A DNA stretch of 64,000 bases, from IMG/VR virus record IMGVR_UViG_3300020048_000002; one strand, 5' to 3'. The position numbers and the translations under genes were made by a program. The notes beneath the pieces were generated by a model, which ran no database searches, was not told where the DNA came from, and was given only the letters and a program-made list of their open reading frames with translations. This stretch comes from a virus (lineage: Duplodnaviria > Caudoviricetes). Positions 37,010 to 47,900 of the stretch are shown here, in pieces. Numbering within the stretch: the first letter of the stretch is position 1; each line of letters begins with the position of its first letter.

Positions 37010-40000
37010 GAAGACACCTCTTCTCCTACCTTACCATCGGACAAGTTCATCTCCAACAAAGAGCGAGCAAACTTGTTGGCGTCCACCCGAATCTTGAGGT
37101 TGGGGTCGATGAGGACATTGCCGAACCCATCGACGAGGCGCAGGTACGGACCCGTTTTCGAGATCCATCGAGCTACAGCCCCACGCACCTGCCCTACCGT
37201 GATGGCCTTCGTCATGGTCAGTCGCACCGTGGCGATGGAGGCTTTCTCCGACGTCGGAGGATTTAGCGTAGGGGTAGGCCGGACGGTTGTAGCGGGCACG
37301 GATGCCGCCACAGGTTCGACGACATGAGCTTTCCCCACCCCCTCGGTAGGTTGCACCCCTACGGGAGCAGGCTCAGGTACGTGACCTTCTGCGGGGATGA
37401 ACGGATGAAGGGCCTCTGGCACTTTACCGTAGACATACCCGTGAGCGATGAAGCCGCCCTCTTTCGGTTTCTCCCCCTCTTTTGCTCGATGGCAAGAGTA
37501 CTCAGCCCCCCATGACTCTCCGATGAGGGGTTCGGTGATGAGGGGTACCTTCCAAGGTGGGGAGTACGGTGGGCGAGCCATCTTCGTGGGGCTCTCCATC
37601 TTCTCCGTGAAGACAGGTACAACTTCAAATACCTTCTCGTGTTTTACCTCAAACACCAACTCGTCGTGGACGGTGAGGAGCATACGGACGGTATCGGTCT
37701 GGTTTCTCAGCCACCCGCGACGGTAGAACTCCTTGTGGAGCACAACCATCGCAATCTTCATGATGTCGGCCCCTGAGTTCTTCGTGATGACACCATCCGC
37801 CTCGAACCGGTGCAGAGGGTCGTTTACCGAGAGAGTGAAAGTATCATCCTCTTCCGTCCGCTCAATCTTCGAGGCCAGACGCTTGAACCCATAAATGGGG
37901 GAGTCGAGCACGACCCCCAACGCCTTGCACAAGCGGTCTAGCGTGTAAACGCTGACTTTGCCCCCGGTCTTGAGCCGGAGGTACATATTGTAAAGAGACT
38001 CGTCGGAAAAGTCTTTGCGGACCCATGCGCCCTTTGAGAGGAGGTTCCGGACGAGAAAGCTCGGAGCGAACATATCGTGGAACTTCGGGTGACGAAGTTC
38101 CGTTCGTCCCATGACATTACGCTCGAACATCCGCCGCTGTATGTCGAGCCGGTAGCTGGTCGTCTCAGATCCCTCACTGTTGACGCCCTGGTACGGACCT
38201 CGGAGGCACGACTCCACCCCCAGCGTGCGGAGCAAGAGTTTCGTGTCAACCAGAAGCTCCCGTTGACAGAGATGCAGATTATAGGGGTTACCTTTGGCTG
38301 TATCGAGCGGAGGACGATGCCCGTCCGAGTCCATGAAGCCACGCATGAACGACCGACGATGAGCCAGGGTTTCTTGAAACAAGCGAACTGGGAGTCGCTT
38401 GGTATGCGCTGTTGCCGGGTTGAAACCAACCCTGCTCAACCACCTTGTCAACTCGACCCCCCAGACTTCGACCCGTGCGCGGGTCGAGCTTTGCACAGCG
38501 GGGGTGTGCGTGGACCAAATCACTTGAGGGTTCAGTCCACACGACTGCCAAAAGCTGACGCAGGCGTCAATCGCTGCCCGCTCATGATCCCCGAACGTAT
38601 AGCTGAGCCCCCCACGGGGATCCAACCAACCGTCCCCCATGTACCGGCCAAGCCAGTACCAGAGATCTGCAAGCGCCTCGTTCGCAACCGCGACCTTGTT
38701 TCTCGCCTTGGGTTGCTCCTCCATTGGGGGAAGAGGCTCGGGGCTCATCTCCACAGGCTTGCACAAGGACGTTGCCACACGGTCGCCAGGCTTCAAGTCA
38801 GCGTACTCGACCCACGAGTAACCCTCGTCTGTGACAACCAAGAGCTTGTGGCGCGTGTCACACTCAACGGTAGTTCCGTCCGCCAGTAGAATGTCGGCAA
38901 GCTGCCACCGACCCATGTTGTGAGCCGTGAACGTCGCCCACTTGGTGCCCGTCCAGACGCGCAGTCCATCTGTGCCTTGAGCCTCAAGCTCTCCAATGGA
39001 CTTGTACCCTTGATCGGTTAGGACAACCGAGTGCGCTTGCAGGCACCCTTGGATCGGGTAGTTGGTGGCGTGACGTTCACAAGCAGCTCGTAAGGCTCGT
39101 ACGTCGTCCTCGCTCACGAGCATCCGACCGTTCGAGTCCTTCTCGTTGAGCTTTGCGTTGGCATCGGGGATCGCCACCCAACGACCAAACGCCGTGTGTA
39201 CGCCGAGTTGCTTCTTGACCCGCTCGTGTTGGCCTTTGACCCAGTTCGCGAACGTCGGGACGGCCTTGTCGAACGCTTGCTTGCGCCGCTGGGCTTCGAG
39301 CTTGTTGCAGCCAGTAGCCCTCATGATGGAGGCAGGCCCACCGCCGTAAACGAGGGCGAAATTGGCCGTGTTGTGGGTAACGTGCCCATTTGCCCAATAG
39401 ACGTGGGTAGGCTCTACGGTAAGGTCTACGCACGGCCCATCTTCGGCGGGAAGAACCGCCTTCACAACGTACCGATCTGTTACTCGACCTGCGTACTTAG
39501 GTTCACGCAGACGAGCCTTTTTACCCTCGTGGCGAAGGTACGAACGCATCTCCCATGAGGACGCAACCGTGAGACGTAGGCGAACATAGTGTCGCTCGTA
39601 CGTCCGGTTGAACGTAAGCTCCGTCTGAAAGTCAAAGCCGAAGGCCCGAAGCGAGGCCGCCACTTGACCCGCTAGAACCATGTCCTTCGTGGTCCAGTCA
39701 AGGTTGGGACTATCGAGCCCCACCGTGCCGTCGGTGTCGAGAAGGCCCGCAAAGTAGTGAAGGAACGAGGTACGGCCTGCCCCGAGTACCCAAGTCGGAA
39801 TGCGGAGTGCTTTGCCGTGCTTTCGCTGTAGACCTAGTCCAGTGAAAAGCCGCACCACTACCCGACTACCAAGGTAGAGTTGCTTTTCGTCTTTGCGTGT
39901 CGTTGTGAGCCCACAACGGGTAGCGGCATCTTCGAGGGTACGAATCCAATCCTCGTACGGGTTCCCGTAGGCATCGATCTTCTCGGCCTCCCCGTGCGTA

Positions 40001-42144
40001 AGGTACGCGGAGGAGTCGTTCCCGGTCCCGTCCCCCGCGTAGGCCCCAGCAAAGTAAGCCCAATCGTGAGAGAGGTCGTAACGACTTGTCGGGATCCCTT
40101 CCCATAGGGAGAGGCAAAGATCTGGGTAGGGTGAGTCCGTGAGGGTGGGATGGGACGAAGGCTCAAGGGTATCCCCTTCCTTCAAGTCCCCCGCCGCCAC
40201 AAACGAACCATCCCGCATCTTGAAGCGATGTTGCGGGGTACACGTCACGATACCCGCCTCCGTCACGACATGGACGAGGGACTTGACCCCGCCGTTGTAA
40301 GTGGCCGTGAGGGGCTTGTTGTCGAGCCCGTCCCAAATGACGTGTCCCTCGACTCCTCGAAAGGTGTCGGGTTCGTCGGGAAACCCCATCACACTCAAGG
40401 GAGTGAGCCGCCCATCCCGTACCACAAGGGTGTCGGGATGAACGCACTTGCCCATCTTGCGTTCCTCCTTCGTGACCTCCTGCTTGCCGAAGAACGCTCG
40501 GGCCGTGATGCTGTGGAGGTCGCCACCCCCCTCCATGAACTCCTTGATCCAAACCGGCTCGTTCGAGAGGTTCGTGACGATGCGAAGCTCCTCGCCCGCG
40601 TAGTCACACTTGACCATCGTGTAGCCGTCACGGGCCACGAAGCATTGTCGAATATCCGACGTCCCCGGAATCCCATGGATCGGAATCCCAGAGTACCCTT
40701 GGTCGTTGTCGCCAGCCGGAGCACTGAAACGACCCGTGGCAGCTCCAACCTGCTTGAAGTTGAAACGTAGCTCGTTGTTCGCATCGGGGTTGGTCGAGAG
40801 GCTTTCGAGATAAGTGCCAAGCATCTTATCTTCTTCTCGGTACGCCATGATCCACTTGAGAATCTCCGGCGCATTGTCACCAAGCTCCTCGGAAAGCTGG
40901 TGCATCGAGTCGTAGTCGGTCTTGTACTGGCCCGACTTCTCGTTCAGCGGTGGCTTCGGATTGATGTTGAGGCCACGCTCGCCAAACAAGAAATCCGAGA
41001 GTTGCTTGGGTGAGCCCGGCTCAAAGTCGGGAAAACCCTTATTCGCCGCAAGAGCAATGATCTTGGCTCGGTGCTCTTCACGAATGGCCCGGTGCTTGTC
41101 CCGAAGCTCCGTCAGCTTGTCTCGATCGACTCGAACGCGGTTGCGCTCCATGACTCGAACGACCTGGCTTACCTGCTTCTCCAGCCGGTATGCGAATGCC
41201 ATGCCCTTGTTATTGCGGATAACCGGCAACAAATCGGGACGGGCACATAGAAGGCGTGTGCAAATGGCATCCGACCCGGCATACCGGACGACACCGGGTT
41301 CGTCGGGTGAAAGCGAAGGGAAACTGATCTTCCGTCGATTCGGAAACAGTTCCTTCAGTTCGATCATCTCGTAAGGGTCGCCATCGGGTGACCGCAACAC
41401 TTCGGCGGCTTTTGCCTTGAGGCCGAGGTGTTTGTCTCCCGTGAAAAGCACGAAGTAGGCTAGTTGCCCGTCCTCGAAGCTATCCGGGTGCCAGTAGTCG
41501 ATACCCGTCACAGGGTAAAGGAACTCCTGGTCGAACTTGGCGTGCCAGAAGTCAATGATGACACGAGGGGGTGTCTCAAACGTCGTGAACCCAAGAGGGT
41601 CAAACTCACCTTCCTTGGGTTTCGGTTGGGCCTCTTGGCAAAGGCGGCGGATGGCCGCTTCAACCCGTTCGACGGGCTTGACGTTGATGTCGGGGCCACC
41701 GTCCGAGGGGTTGTGACGAACGGGGATGTAGTAGCCCTTTTTCGCTTCCCCTACGGCAATACAGAAACCGACGATTTGGTGAACCGTCCTCGGCTTTCCG
41801 ACTGCATCGTAGTTGATACGGTTGTCGAGACCTTCGGTTTCAAGGTCGAGCGACACATGACCGCACGCAAGAGCCTCCTCAACAATGGCCTCGACCTCTT
41901 CGGGCGTTTTGACGAGCACAAACTCGTGGTGCCGCATCCAAGGCTTGATGATGTCGGGCACATCCCTCTCGGCCTTCGTGCCCGTGGCGGACAAGAACGT
42001 GTCGAGGTCGTCCCCCTCATCCTCGTTCGGGGCCGAGGCTTTGGGCTTGCTAACGTGAGGTTGCGCTTGCGGGGCAGGAGCCGGTTCCGCCGTATTCAGG
42101 ATAGCGTAGATGTCGTCCAAGTCGTCTGTGTCGTTGTCGTTCAT
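37006..42144 (-). CDS. polA: family A DNA polymerase with 3'-5' exonuclease and two inteins
   Basis: DLETEG exo I, ATGRFS, DYAGEELR motif A, DLHS.TA, K|TANF..VYG motif B, TVHDEL motif C; ATG 42144 with GAGGAG. Confidence 0.93.
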   Translation of the reverse strand: MNDNDTDDLDDIYAILNTAEPAPAPQAQPHVSKPKASAPNEDEGDDLDTFLSATGTKAERDVPDIIKPWMRHHEFVLVKTPEEVEAIVEEALACGHVSLDLETEGLDNRINYDAVGKPRTVHQIVGFCIAVGEAKKGYYIPVRHNPSDGGPDINVKPVERVEAAIRRLCQEAQPKPKEGEFDPLGFTTFETPPRVIIDFWHAKFDQEFLYPVTGIDYWHPDSFEDGQLAYFVLFTGDKHLGLKAKAAEVLRSPDGDPYEMIELKELFPNRRKISFPSLSPDEPGVVRYAGSDAICTRLLCARPDLLPVIRNNKGMAFAYRLEKQVSQVVRVMERNRVRVDRDKLTELRDKHRAIREEHRAKIIALAANKGFPDFEPGSPKQLSDFLFGERGLNINPKPPLNEKSGQYKTDYDSMHQLSEELGDNAPEILKWIMAYREEDKMLGTYLESLSTNPDANNELRFNFKQVGAATGRFSAPAGDNDQGYSGIPIHGIPGTSDIRQCFVARDGYTMVKCDYAGEELRIVTNLSNEPVWIKEFMEGGGDLHSITARAFFGKQEVTKEERKMGKCVHPDTLVVRDGRLTPLSVMGFPDEPDTFRGVEGHVIWDGLDNKPLTATYNGGVKSLVHVVTEAGIVTCTPQHRFKMRDGSFVAAGDLKEGDTLEPSSHPTLTDSPYPDLCLSLWEGIPTSRYDLSHDWAYFAGAYAGDGTGNDSSAYLTHGEAEKIDAYGNPYEDWIRTLEDAATRCGLTTTRKDEKQLYLGSRVVVRLFTGLGLQRKHGKALRIPTWVLGAGRTSFLHYFAGLLDTDGTVGLDSPNLDWTTKDMVLAGQVAASLRAFGFDFQTELTFNRTYERHYVRLRLTVASSWEMRSYLRHEGKKARLREPKYAGRVTDRYVVKAVLPAEDGPCVDLTVEPTHVYWANGHVTHNTANFALVYGGGPASIMRATGCNKLEAQRRKQAFDKAVPTFANWVKGQHERVKKQLGVHTAFGRWVAIPDANAKLNEKDSNGRMLVSEDDVRALRAACERHATNYPIQGCLQAHSVVLTDQGYKSIGELEAQGTDGLRVWTGTKWATFTAHNMGRWQLADILLADGTTVECDTRHKLLVVTDEGYSWVEYADLKPGDRVATSLCKPVEMSPEPLPPMEEQPKARNKVAVANEALADLWYWLGRYMGDGWLDPRGGLSYTFGDHERAAIDACVSFWQSCGLNPQVIWSTHTPAVQSSTRARVEVWGVELTRWLSRVGFNPATAHTKRLPVRLFQETLAHRRSFMRGFMDSDGHRPPLDTAKGNPYNLHLCQRELLVDTKLLLRTLGVESCLRGPYQGVNSEGSETTSYRLDIQRRMFERNVMGRTELRHPKFHDMFAPSFLVRNLLSKGAWVRKDFSDESLYNMYLRLKTGGKVSVYTLDRLCKALGVVLDSPIYGFKRLASKIERTEEDDTFTLSVNDPLHRFEADGVITKNSGADIMKIAMVVLHKEFYRRGWLRNQTDTVRMLLTVHDELVFEVKHEKVFEVVPVFTEKMESPTKMARPPYSPPWKVPLITEPLIGESWGAEYSCHRAKEGEKPKEGGFIAHGYVYGKVPEALHPFIPAEGHVPEPAPVGVQPTEGVGKAHVVEPVAASVPATTVRPTPTLNPPTSEKASIATVRLTMTKAITVGQVRGAVARWISKTGPYLRLVDGFGNVLIDPNLKIRVDANKFARSLLEMNLSDGKVGEEVSS
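37777..39045 (-). mobile_element. intein 2 in DNA polymerase (423 aa, LAGLIDADG, ends KN)
   Basis: PIQG|CLQAHS...RGFMDSDG...ITKN|SGADI. Confidence 0.9.
39370..40446 (-). mobile_element. intein 1 in DNA polymerase motif B (359 aa, LAGLIDADG)
   Basis: MGK|CVHPDT...AGLLDTDG...VTHN|TANF. Confidence 0.92.
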
Positions 42145-42557
42145 GGCTCCTCGACGATGACGATATACACCGACTCGCGCCAAAGCCGGACGACTTCGTA
42201 GCCCAGTTCAGTGGGGTGCCCCTCTGGCTGGAAGCAGTTGGGTAATTTCGGCGACTTAGGCACACAGTCAGGCTTGCGGTAAAACACACAATCTCCCCAC
42301 AACGCACACTGTCTGGCGTTCGGGGAGATTCGGTGTAGGATGAGATTTGGAGCGTAGCTGAGACCCTTTGTCAGCGGACTGGTCCAGCCATGAAGGGCAT
42401 GGTCCATCGTCTCCTTGCTGACCTTGCTGAAGTGCTCAGCGTAGGGAGTGCCCTTTAGCGGTGCCCACTCGGGCTCCCATTCGCCACCCTTTGAGCGAAC
42501 GAGCATGAGGTGCAGATCGCCCATCTCACGGGTTTGGAGCTTGATCTGACGGGGCAC
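42141..42557 (-). CDS. hypothetical Cys-rich protein
   Basis: C...C....C...C cluster; ATGA overlap with the polymerase. Confidence 0.65.
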   Translation of the reverse strand: MPRQIKLQTREMGDLHLMLVRSKGGEWEPEWAPLKGTPYAEHFSKVSKETMDHALHGWTSPLTKGLSYAPNLILHRISPNARQCALWGDCVFYRKPDCVPKSPKLPNCFQPEGHPTELGYEVVRLWRESVYIVIVEEP

Positions 42558-43173
42558 GTTCGCGTTCTCCGATCTTCGCCAACACTTGCTGGAGTGCCTT
42601 CTGCACGTCCGGGCCTGTGGTGGTACCGTGCTCCAACCGGTAACGCAACCGATCTAGAAGGCTTCCTAGCTTCAGGTATGACTCACAACGGAATAGCGCC
42701 TTCGCTCCCACAAGACGGCGCTCACACACCCCAAAGAGTTGTTCCAGTTCAACGCTTACAGCTCTATCCTCGTCGAAGCGGATGGCCTCACGGGGCATCT
42801 CAGGAGTCTGGAGCCCGAAAGCTCGCTCCATGCTGGTCAGGGTACGAGTGAACGGCCCCTCAAGCTGCTCGAACTTCTTGAACAGAGTGATGCAGTCCCA
42901 CCGCTCCTGGCAGACGAAACACCAGACGCCTTCGGGTTTGCCGCCCTCCGAGGGGTAAAAGCGAGTGCTCGGCTTGTTGTCCTTGCCGTGGAACGGACAC
43001 GAGAACTGCTCGGGCTTGTGGCCCCCGTACCGGAGCCGGACACCGTTACGGGCAAGCACATCCTCACACGACACCTGTCTGTGAATCTGCGATACACGAA
43101 TGGCCACCCATTGGCGGAACGCCTCGGATTGACGGGCCTCTTTTTCAGCTTCACCACGAAAGTCTCGGCTCAC
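42526..43173 (-). CDS. stand-alone CHC2 zinc-finger (primase zinc-binding domain) protein
   Basis: CPFHG.DNKPS...WCFVC...D.I; no TOPRIM domain; GTGA overlap. Confidence 0.8.
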   Translation of the reverse strand: MSRDFRGEAEKEARQSEAFRQWVAIRVSQIHRQVSCEDVLARNGVRLRYGGHKPEQFSCPFHGKDNKPSTRFYPSEGGKPEGVWCFVCQERWDCITLFKKFEQLEGPFTRTLTSMERAFGLQTPEMPREAIRFDEDRAVSVELEQLFGVCERRLVGAKALFRCESYLKLGSLLDRLRYRLEHGTTTGPDVQKALQQVLAKIGERERAPSDQAPNP

Positions 43174-44963
43174 TCTTGGTCTAGCCCCATCATGGCATCG
43201 AACCCCTGCCGCTCCTTTTCGAGATCCTCGGCAGGACGCAACCGCTCCTCGATGAGCTTGTGGTACTCCGGGTTCAGTTCGACCCCGAGGTAGTCCCGGC
43301 GGAGATACTTGGCGACCGCGAGAGTCGTACCGGAGCCCGAAAAGGGATCGAGCACGAGATCCCCTTCCTTGGATCCTGCTCGGATACAAATCTCTGGAAG
43401 CTCCTCGGGGAAAGTCGCGAAATGGGCTCCCTTGTAGGGCTTCGGATTGATGTACCAGACGGTGCGTCGGTTGCGAGTCTGGGGTAGCCCGCTCTCCTTG
43501 TACCTGCTGAGCAGGTCAGTAAGGCCGCTGTTCCCACCGTTCCCAGCCCCATAGTGGAATGTTTCTGTGACCTTTGCGCCGGGCATGTGAGTGGTGACAG
43601 CGGGCTCACGGACAGCCTCGTGGTCGTAGAAATACCGCTCATTCTTGGTCAGGAGGAAGATGTACTCGTGGGCCTTGGTGGGCCGATCCGTGACGCTTTC
43701 CGGCATCACGTTTCCCTTCGCCCAGATGATGTCGGAGCGAAGGTACCAACCATCAGCTTGGAGGGCGAGTGCCACTCGGGCCGGAATTTGAGCGTCATCT
43801 TTGGGTTTCAGTACATACGCAGGACGAAAGTACCGATAAAGATGTTCTGGGATTTCAGAAAATCGAACCGTTATCTCCAAACGACGACGGGGATGGACGC
43901 GATGAACCGCAGAATGGGGGCGTACTCCATTTCGTGATGGCGAAACTGTTGGTGGCAATCTCGGCACAAAATCACCCCGTTCGACTCTTCCCACCGATGC
44001 TCTGGATGCGTCGAGTACGGGAGGATATGATGGGCTTCCAGATAGTCCCCCGTGTGACACAGGCGACAATGGTACTGATCGCGTTTCAGCACCTCCTTGC
44101 GCCATTTCACCGCTTCGGGACACATTCTCCCGTTCTGCCCGCCCGACCAAAGATAGTGGTTGTCCCGCTGATTGAAGCTGTACCAACACGTCGGACTGCA
44201 AAAGTGCTTGCCGTGCCGATTCTTCTTGATCTCCGCAACATACTTCTCGAACGGAATACCGCACGTCTTGCACGACACTTGTGGGGTTTGCTTCTTTCGT
44301 GTCGGACTTCCCGATCTCGCACAACTGCGAGAGCAGTACATCCCCTGCCCCATGCGTGTCTGACTTCGATGGATCGTGAAGGGGACCCCGCACTTGAGGC
44401 ACCCCCTCGTAAGGTAGCTCTCGGGACGCACTGTGTTCTTCAAGTGGCATTTCCGACACGTCCGACTCTGCCGGTTCATACTCTCCCCACAAACCGGACA
44501 GGGCTTCCCAGTACTCTTCGTCTGTGAGGTCTTCTCGGATGATGGCATGGTCTGACTGAATCCTACCACTAACGTAGGATGACGCAAGGTTGAGCCACAA
44601 CGTCCCATCGTCCCGAAGAACCCTGCGGACTTCGCGGAAGACCTTGACCATCTCGGCCACATAGGCATCGGGGGTCTGCTCTAGGCCGATCTGAGAGTCA
44701 ATGCGCTTGGCTCCACAATGGCAAACTGTCCTACTAAGACAGTTGGCTTTAGACGAGTGACCGGACTGGGCTCCCTGTGTCTGTTTAGGGCCATCCCACC
44801 TCGTAACCCCGTGAGGACATGACGGATCCCCACCCTCCCACTTGCCCGTACCGTAGTCCCGAAGCCCGAAGTAGGGAGGACTCGTCACGCAGGTTTGCAC
44901 GACCCCATCGGGGACTTCCTTGAGCTTCTCTCGAACATCGCCAAGTAGAACTACGTTTCTCAT
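43170..44963 (-). CDS. N4/N6 DNA methyltransferase with large in-frame insertion
   Basis: VTSPPY, LRDDGTLWLN, ADGWYLRSDIIW.K, HEYIFLL, HFATFP, VLDPFSGSGTT. Confidence 0.9.
   Translation of the reverse strand: MRNVVLLGDVREKLKEVPDGVVQTCVTSPPYFGLRDYGTGKWEGGDPSCPHGVTRWDGPKQTQGAQSGHSSKANCLSRTVCHCGAKRIDSQIGLEQTPDAYVAEMVKVFREVRRVLRDDGTLWLNLASSYVSGRIQSDHAIIREDLTDEEYWEALSGLWGEYEPAESDVSEMPLEEHSASRELPYEGVPQVRGPLHDPSKSDTHGAGDVLLSQLCEIGKSDTKEANPTSVVQDVRYSVREVCCGDQEESARQALLQSDVLVQLQSAGQPLSLVGRAERENVSRSGEMAQGGAETRSVPLSPVSHGGLSGSPSYPPVLDASRASVGRVERGDFVPRLPPTVSPSRNGVRPHSAVHRVHPRRRLEITVRFSEIPEHLYRYFRPAYVLKPKDDAQIPARVALALQADGWYLRSDIIWAKGNVMPESVTDRPTKAHEYIFLLTKNERYFYDHEAVREPAVTTHMPGAKVTETFHYGAGNGGNSGLTDLLSRYKESGLPQTRNRRTVWYINPKPYKGAHFATFPEELPEICIRAGSKEGDLVLDPFSGSGTTLAVAKYLRRDYLGVELNPEYHKLIEERLRPAEDLEKERQGFDAMMGLDQE
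43871..44548 (-). CDS. HNH endonuclease nested out-of-frame in the methyltransferase
   Basis: Multiple CxxC/YCS..C zinc fingers, then RD.Y.C..C....L.AHHI......N...LC..CH. Confidence 0.8.
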   Translation of the reverse strand: MPSSEKTSQTKSTGKPCPVCGESMNRQSRTCRKCHLKNTVRPESYLTRGCLKCGVPFTIHRSQTRMGQGMYCSRSCARSGSPTRKKQTPQVSCKTCGIPFEKYVAEIKKNRHGKHFCSPTCWYSFNQRDNHYLWSGGQNGRMCPEAVKWRKEVLKRDQYHCRLCHTGDYLEAHHILPYSTHPEHRWEESNGVILCRDCHQQFRHHEMEYAPILRFIASIPVVVWR

Positions 44964-44970
44964 TTGATCC

Positions 44971-47900
44971 TCATACGTCAGCCATCGCATCGAGCACGGC
45001 TTGGTGGTCATCGATGCTCATGCCGCTGCCATCGGCCCCCTGATACGAGTCAAGATTGTAGATCCGACGACAGGCAAACTCGACCTTCGCCATGAAAGGC
45101 TCGATGAGCGGGTTGTCACGGTTCTTGAGGTTGCAGAACAGGGTGGTCCCGTTCTTCCGGTGCTCGTCGTTCAGGTAGGTGGTCGTGATCACGTCCGCCG
45201 ATTTTTCGCAGTTGTGCGAAAGGAACCCGTTCGTCGAGTACTCGTGATCTCCCGTCACCTCTAGGTCATAGACCCTGATGGGAGCTTCCTGCACAACACC
45301 TGTGACCTTCAAGGGCAGCACGCAATCCAACCGTTCTTGCAAAGTTGCTCTATCTGGGTCGGTCTCAGGCAACCTGTCAATGACTTCGCGGATAACGCCA
45401 AGGCTCGCGTAAACAGCCCCCATACGAATGCGTCGAGCGGCCTTTTTGGCAGCACGGCTCATCCCTGAGCATCGCTCCACAACGTCGGCGAGAAGCGTCC
45501 CGATAGGCCACGTCGCTCGATTGTCCTTGGTGCTGCCCACCACATTACGGAGGCGTTCGGTCTTGTGTGGCTCTGTGAACCCCACGGTCTCCATGAACGT
45601 CCGAACGCCTAGCCGTGACCCTATGCGCAACACGAAACGTTTGTAGGACTTGCCGTTCAATCGTGTGCTGCCTTCCGACAAGGTCGAGTCAATGCCAAGA
45701 CCGAGGAGCATTAGGTGAACTTCTTGCAAGAGACGTTCGGACTTCGCCGCCATTCCCAAGGCTACGCTGCCTTGATTGTTGATCGACCCGTCCGTGTCAA
45801 ACAACCCTTGCAAGAATGCCTGTACTTGAGACTTGGTTGCCCGTCGAATAACGTCAGGGACGGCAGTCGCCCGACCTTCCCCCACGACGACTCGCTTGAA
45901 CCATCTCGTCAGAGCCTTGTTGCTTTTCAGGAGATCGAACGATCCCGACCGTGACGGGCTCTCCAGCAAGGTCATGTCCTGTCCAAAAGTGCTTCGGAAC
46001 GCCTCCATGAGGCGAGTCCGGACAGCGACCTCTTTCCGATTCCCCGTGAAGCCTACAGTGCTCAGGCCCTCCTTGAAAACACCGTCGCCCATGAAGGCCC
46101 CGATCAAGTAGGCTAGGTCGCTCGTCAAGTGATTTGGCACCACAAGGGGCTGTTGTTTCATGCCTTGTGGTTTCTCGTATGCCTGAAAATCCAGGGCGGG
46201 AAGGTTAGGAGGATCCTTGGCGAAAGGGTAGTCTCCAAAGGTGGTGCCTACGTAGTCGCCAACCTTCAGGTTCTCCGCATAACCCCACCCCCAACCATCC
46301 AAACCTCCAACCCTCAGACGGTGGTTGGAAGTGACTTGAAGAGTGAGCCCCTTATCCGTCTGCACCCGGAGGGTAGGTCGTACCCCATTGTCGAAACGAT
46401 TCAGAACCGTTTTCCACCCCGAACGGCTCCACACCAAGGCACCCATGGGCACCGACTCAATGGGTACCAAGCCCTCGTCCGTAAGCACGAGAGTGCCCTC
46501 TGCTACGCACTCGTTGGCGTAGGAAAGTGCCGACGCCTTGTAGCGACCATCGTTCTTGTTGGCCTCTTCCTTACCTTGACGGTTGATCTGAAACAACATG
46601 AGGACGGGGATCTTCTCGCCGTGGTTGAAGTGGAGGCAGAACTTCTTGGTGTCGCGAATGATGGAGTTCAGCTCCACCACGTAGTCCTTCGACTTCTTAG
46701 CCTTCCGGGCTTCCATGAGCTGCCCGTGGTCGATGACGATGAGCCCGACCTCCATCTGCTTGTGGGTCAACTCCGCATCGAGGCGAATATCGTCGATGGT
46801 CATGTCGCGATCGGGGGACCGAATCTCGAACTGACAATACTCGGGGTTGTTGCAGAAGTCGTCGATGACCTTCTGGTAAAAGGCTTCCTCCTCGGGGGTG
46901 AGTTCCCCGTCACGGACTCTCCGGTAATCGAGGGGGCGATAACCCTGAGCCCGCCACTTTGCATGACTCGAATGAATGACGTAGACTTGCAGCCGTAGCT
47001 GTTCGTACGGCATTTCGAGCGAGTAGTAGAGGATGTTCGACTTGTAACGGGTGGCGAGGTTGTAGCACCAGTTGAGGGCGAACGATGTGTTATGCGTTAC
47101 GATGTCGTTCGCGACGAACGTGTGATGCTCTGGCACGGATAGGTCGTACGTCATCTCCCGTCCACGAGAGACGACGGAAGTAACTTGCTCCCAGGTGAGA
47201 TCGCCGTCTAGTACACGAGCCACGTCGGGGTATTGCCGGAAAAGCGTCGCAGTATCCGCCCGCATGGTGGACCGTCCCTTGACTTGGCTGGCATACCTAA
47301 ATTTACCGTGGACGAAAGGCACCTTAGCCCCATCGGGCACGAAGTCTGATGGGATGGACATGTCGTCCCCCGGCAACAACCGAGCACGAACTTCCGCGAA
47401 GTCGGCCTCTTTCCCGACCACCACGACTCGATGGGCAAACACTCGCTTGGACTCGCGCGTCACCACACGAACCGTGTGGAACGTGTAAGGCTCCCCCCTG
47501 TACGTGGTGTTCACCTGAGTGACCGTGGACTGAATGCCGAGACGTAGCAAGAGGGCCTGCACGTCAAGGCACAATCCACGGCTAACGGAGGCATACGAGA
47601 TGTCGTTTCGATGGCAATCGCTTTCACGATCATCTCGTTCATGGTCCCCGTGATGACATGAACCATCCGTCGACCACAAGGCCCCGATAAGCAAAGCGAC
47701 TTGGTCCTCGGGAAGGGAGAAGAAGTCGTCAGGGACGCGCTTATCGTAAGACCCCTTGCCATATAGGCCGAGCAAATCGAGAAGCCCTCTGACTGGAGAT
47801 TCCATAGGGCTGTTACCGTCGCCCGCGCTGTTGCTGACCCGCACGCTAGGGGCACGATTGGGTTGGAAAACCTCGCGAAACGTGGGGGTCACGTAGTCGG

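Noticed and set aside
43815-44585. Intein or group I intron explanation of the MTase insertion
   Set aside because: No Hint-domain ends (C1...HN-C/S/T) and no obvious intron core; nearly all of the insert is occupied by the HNH ORF
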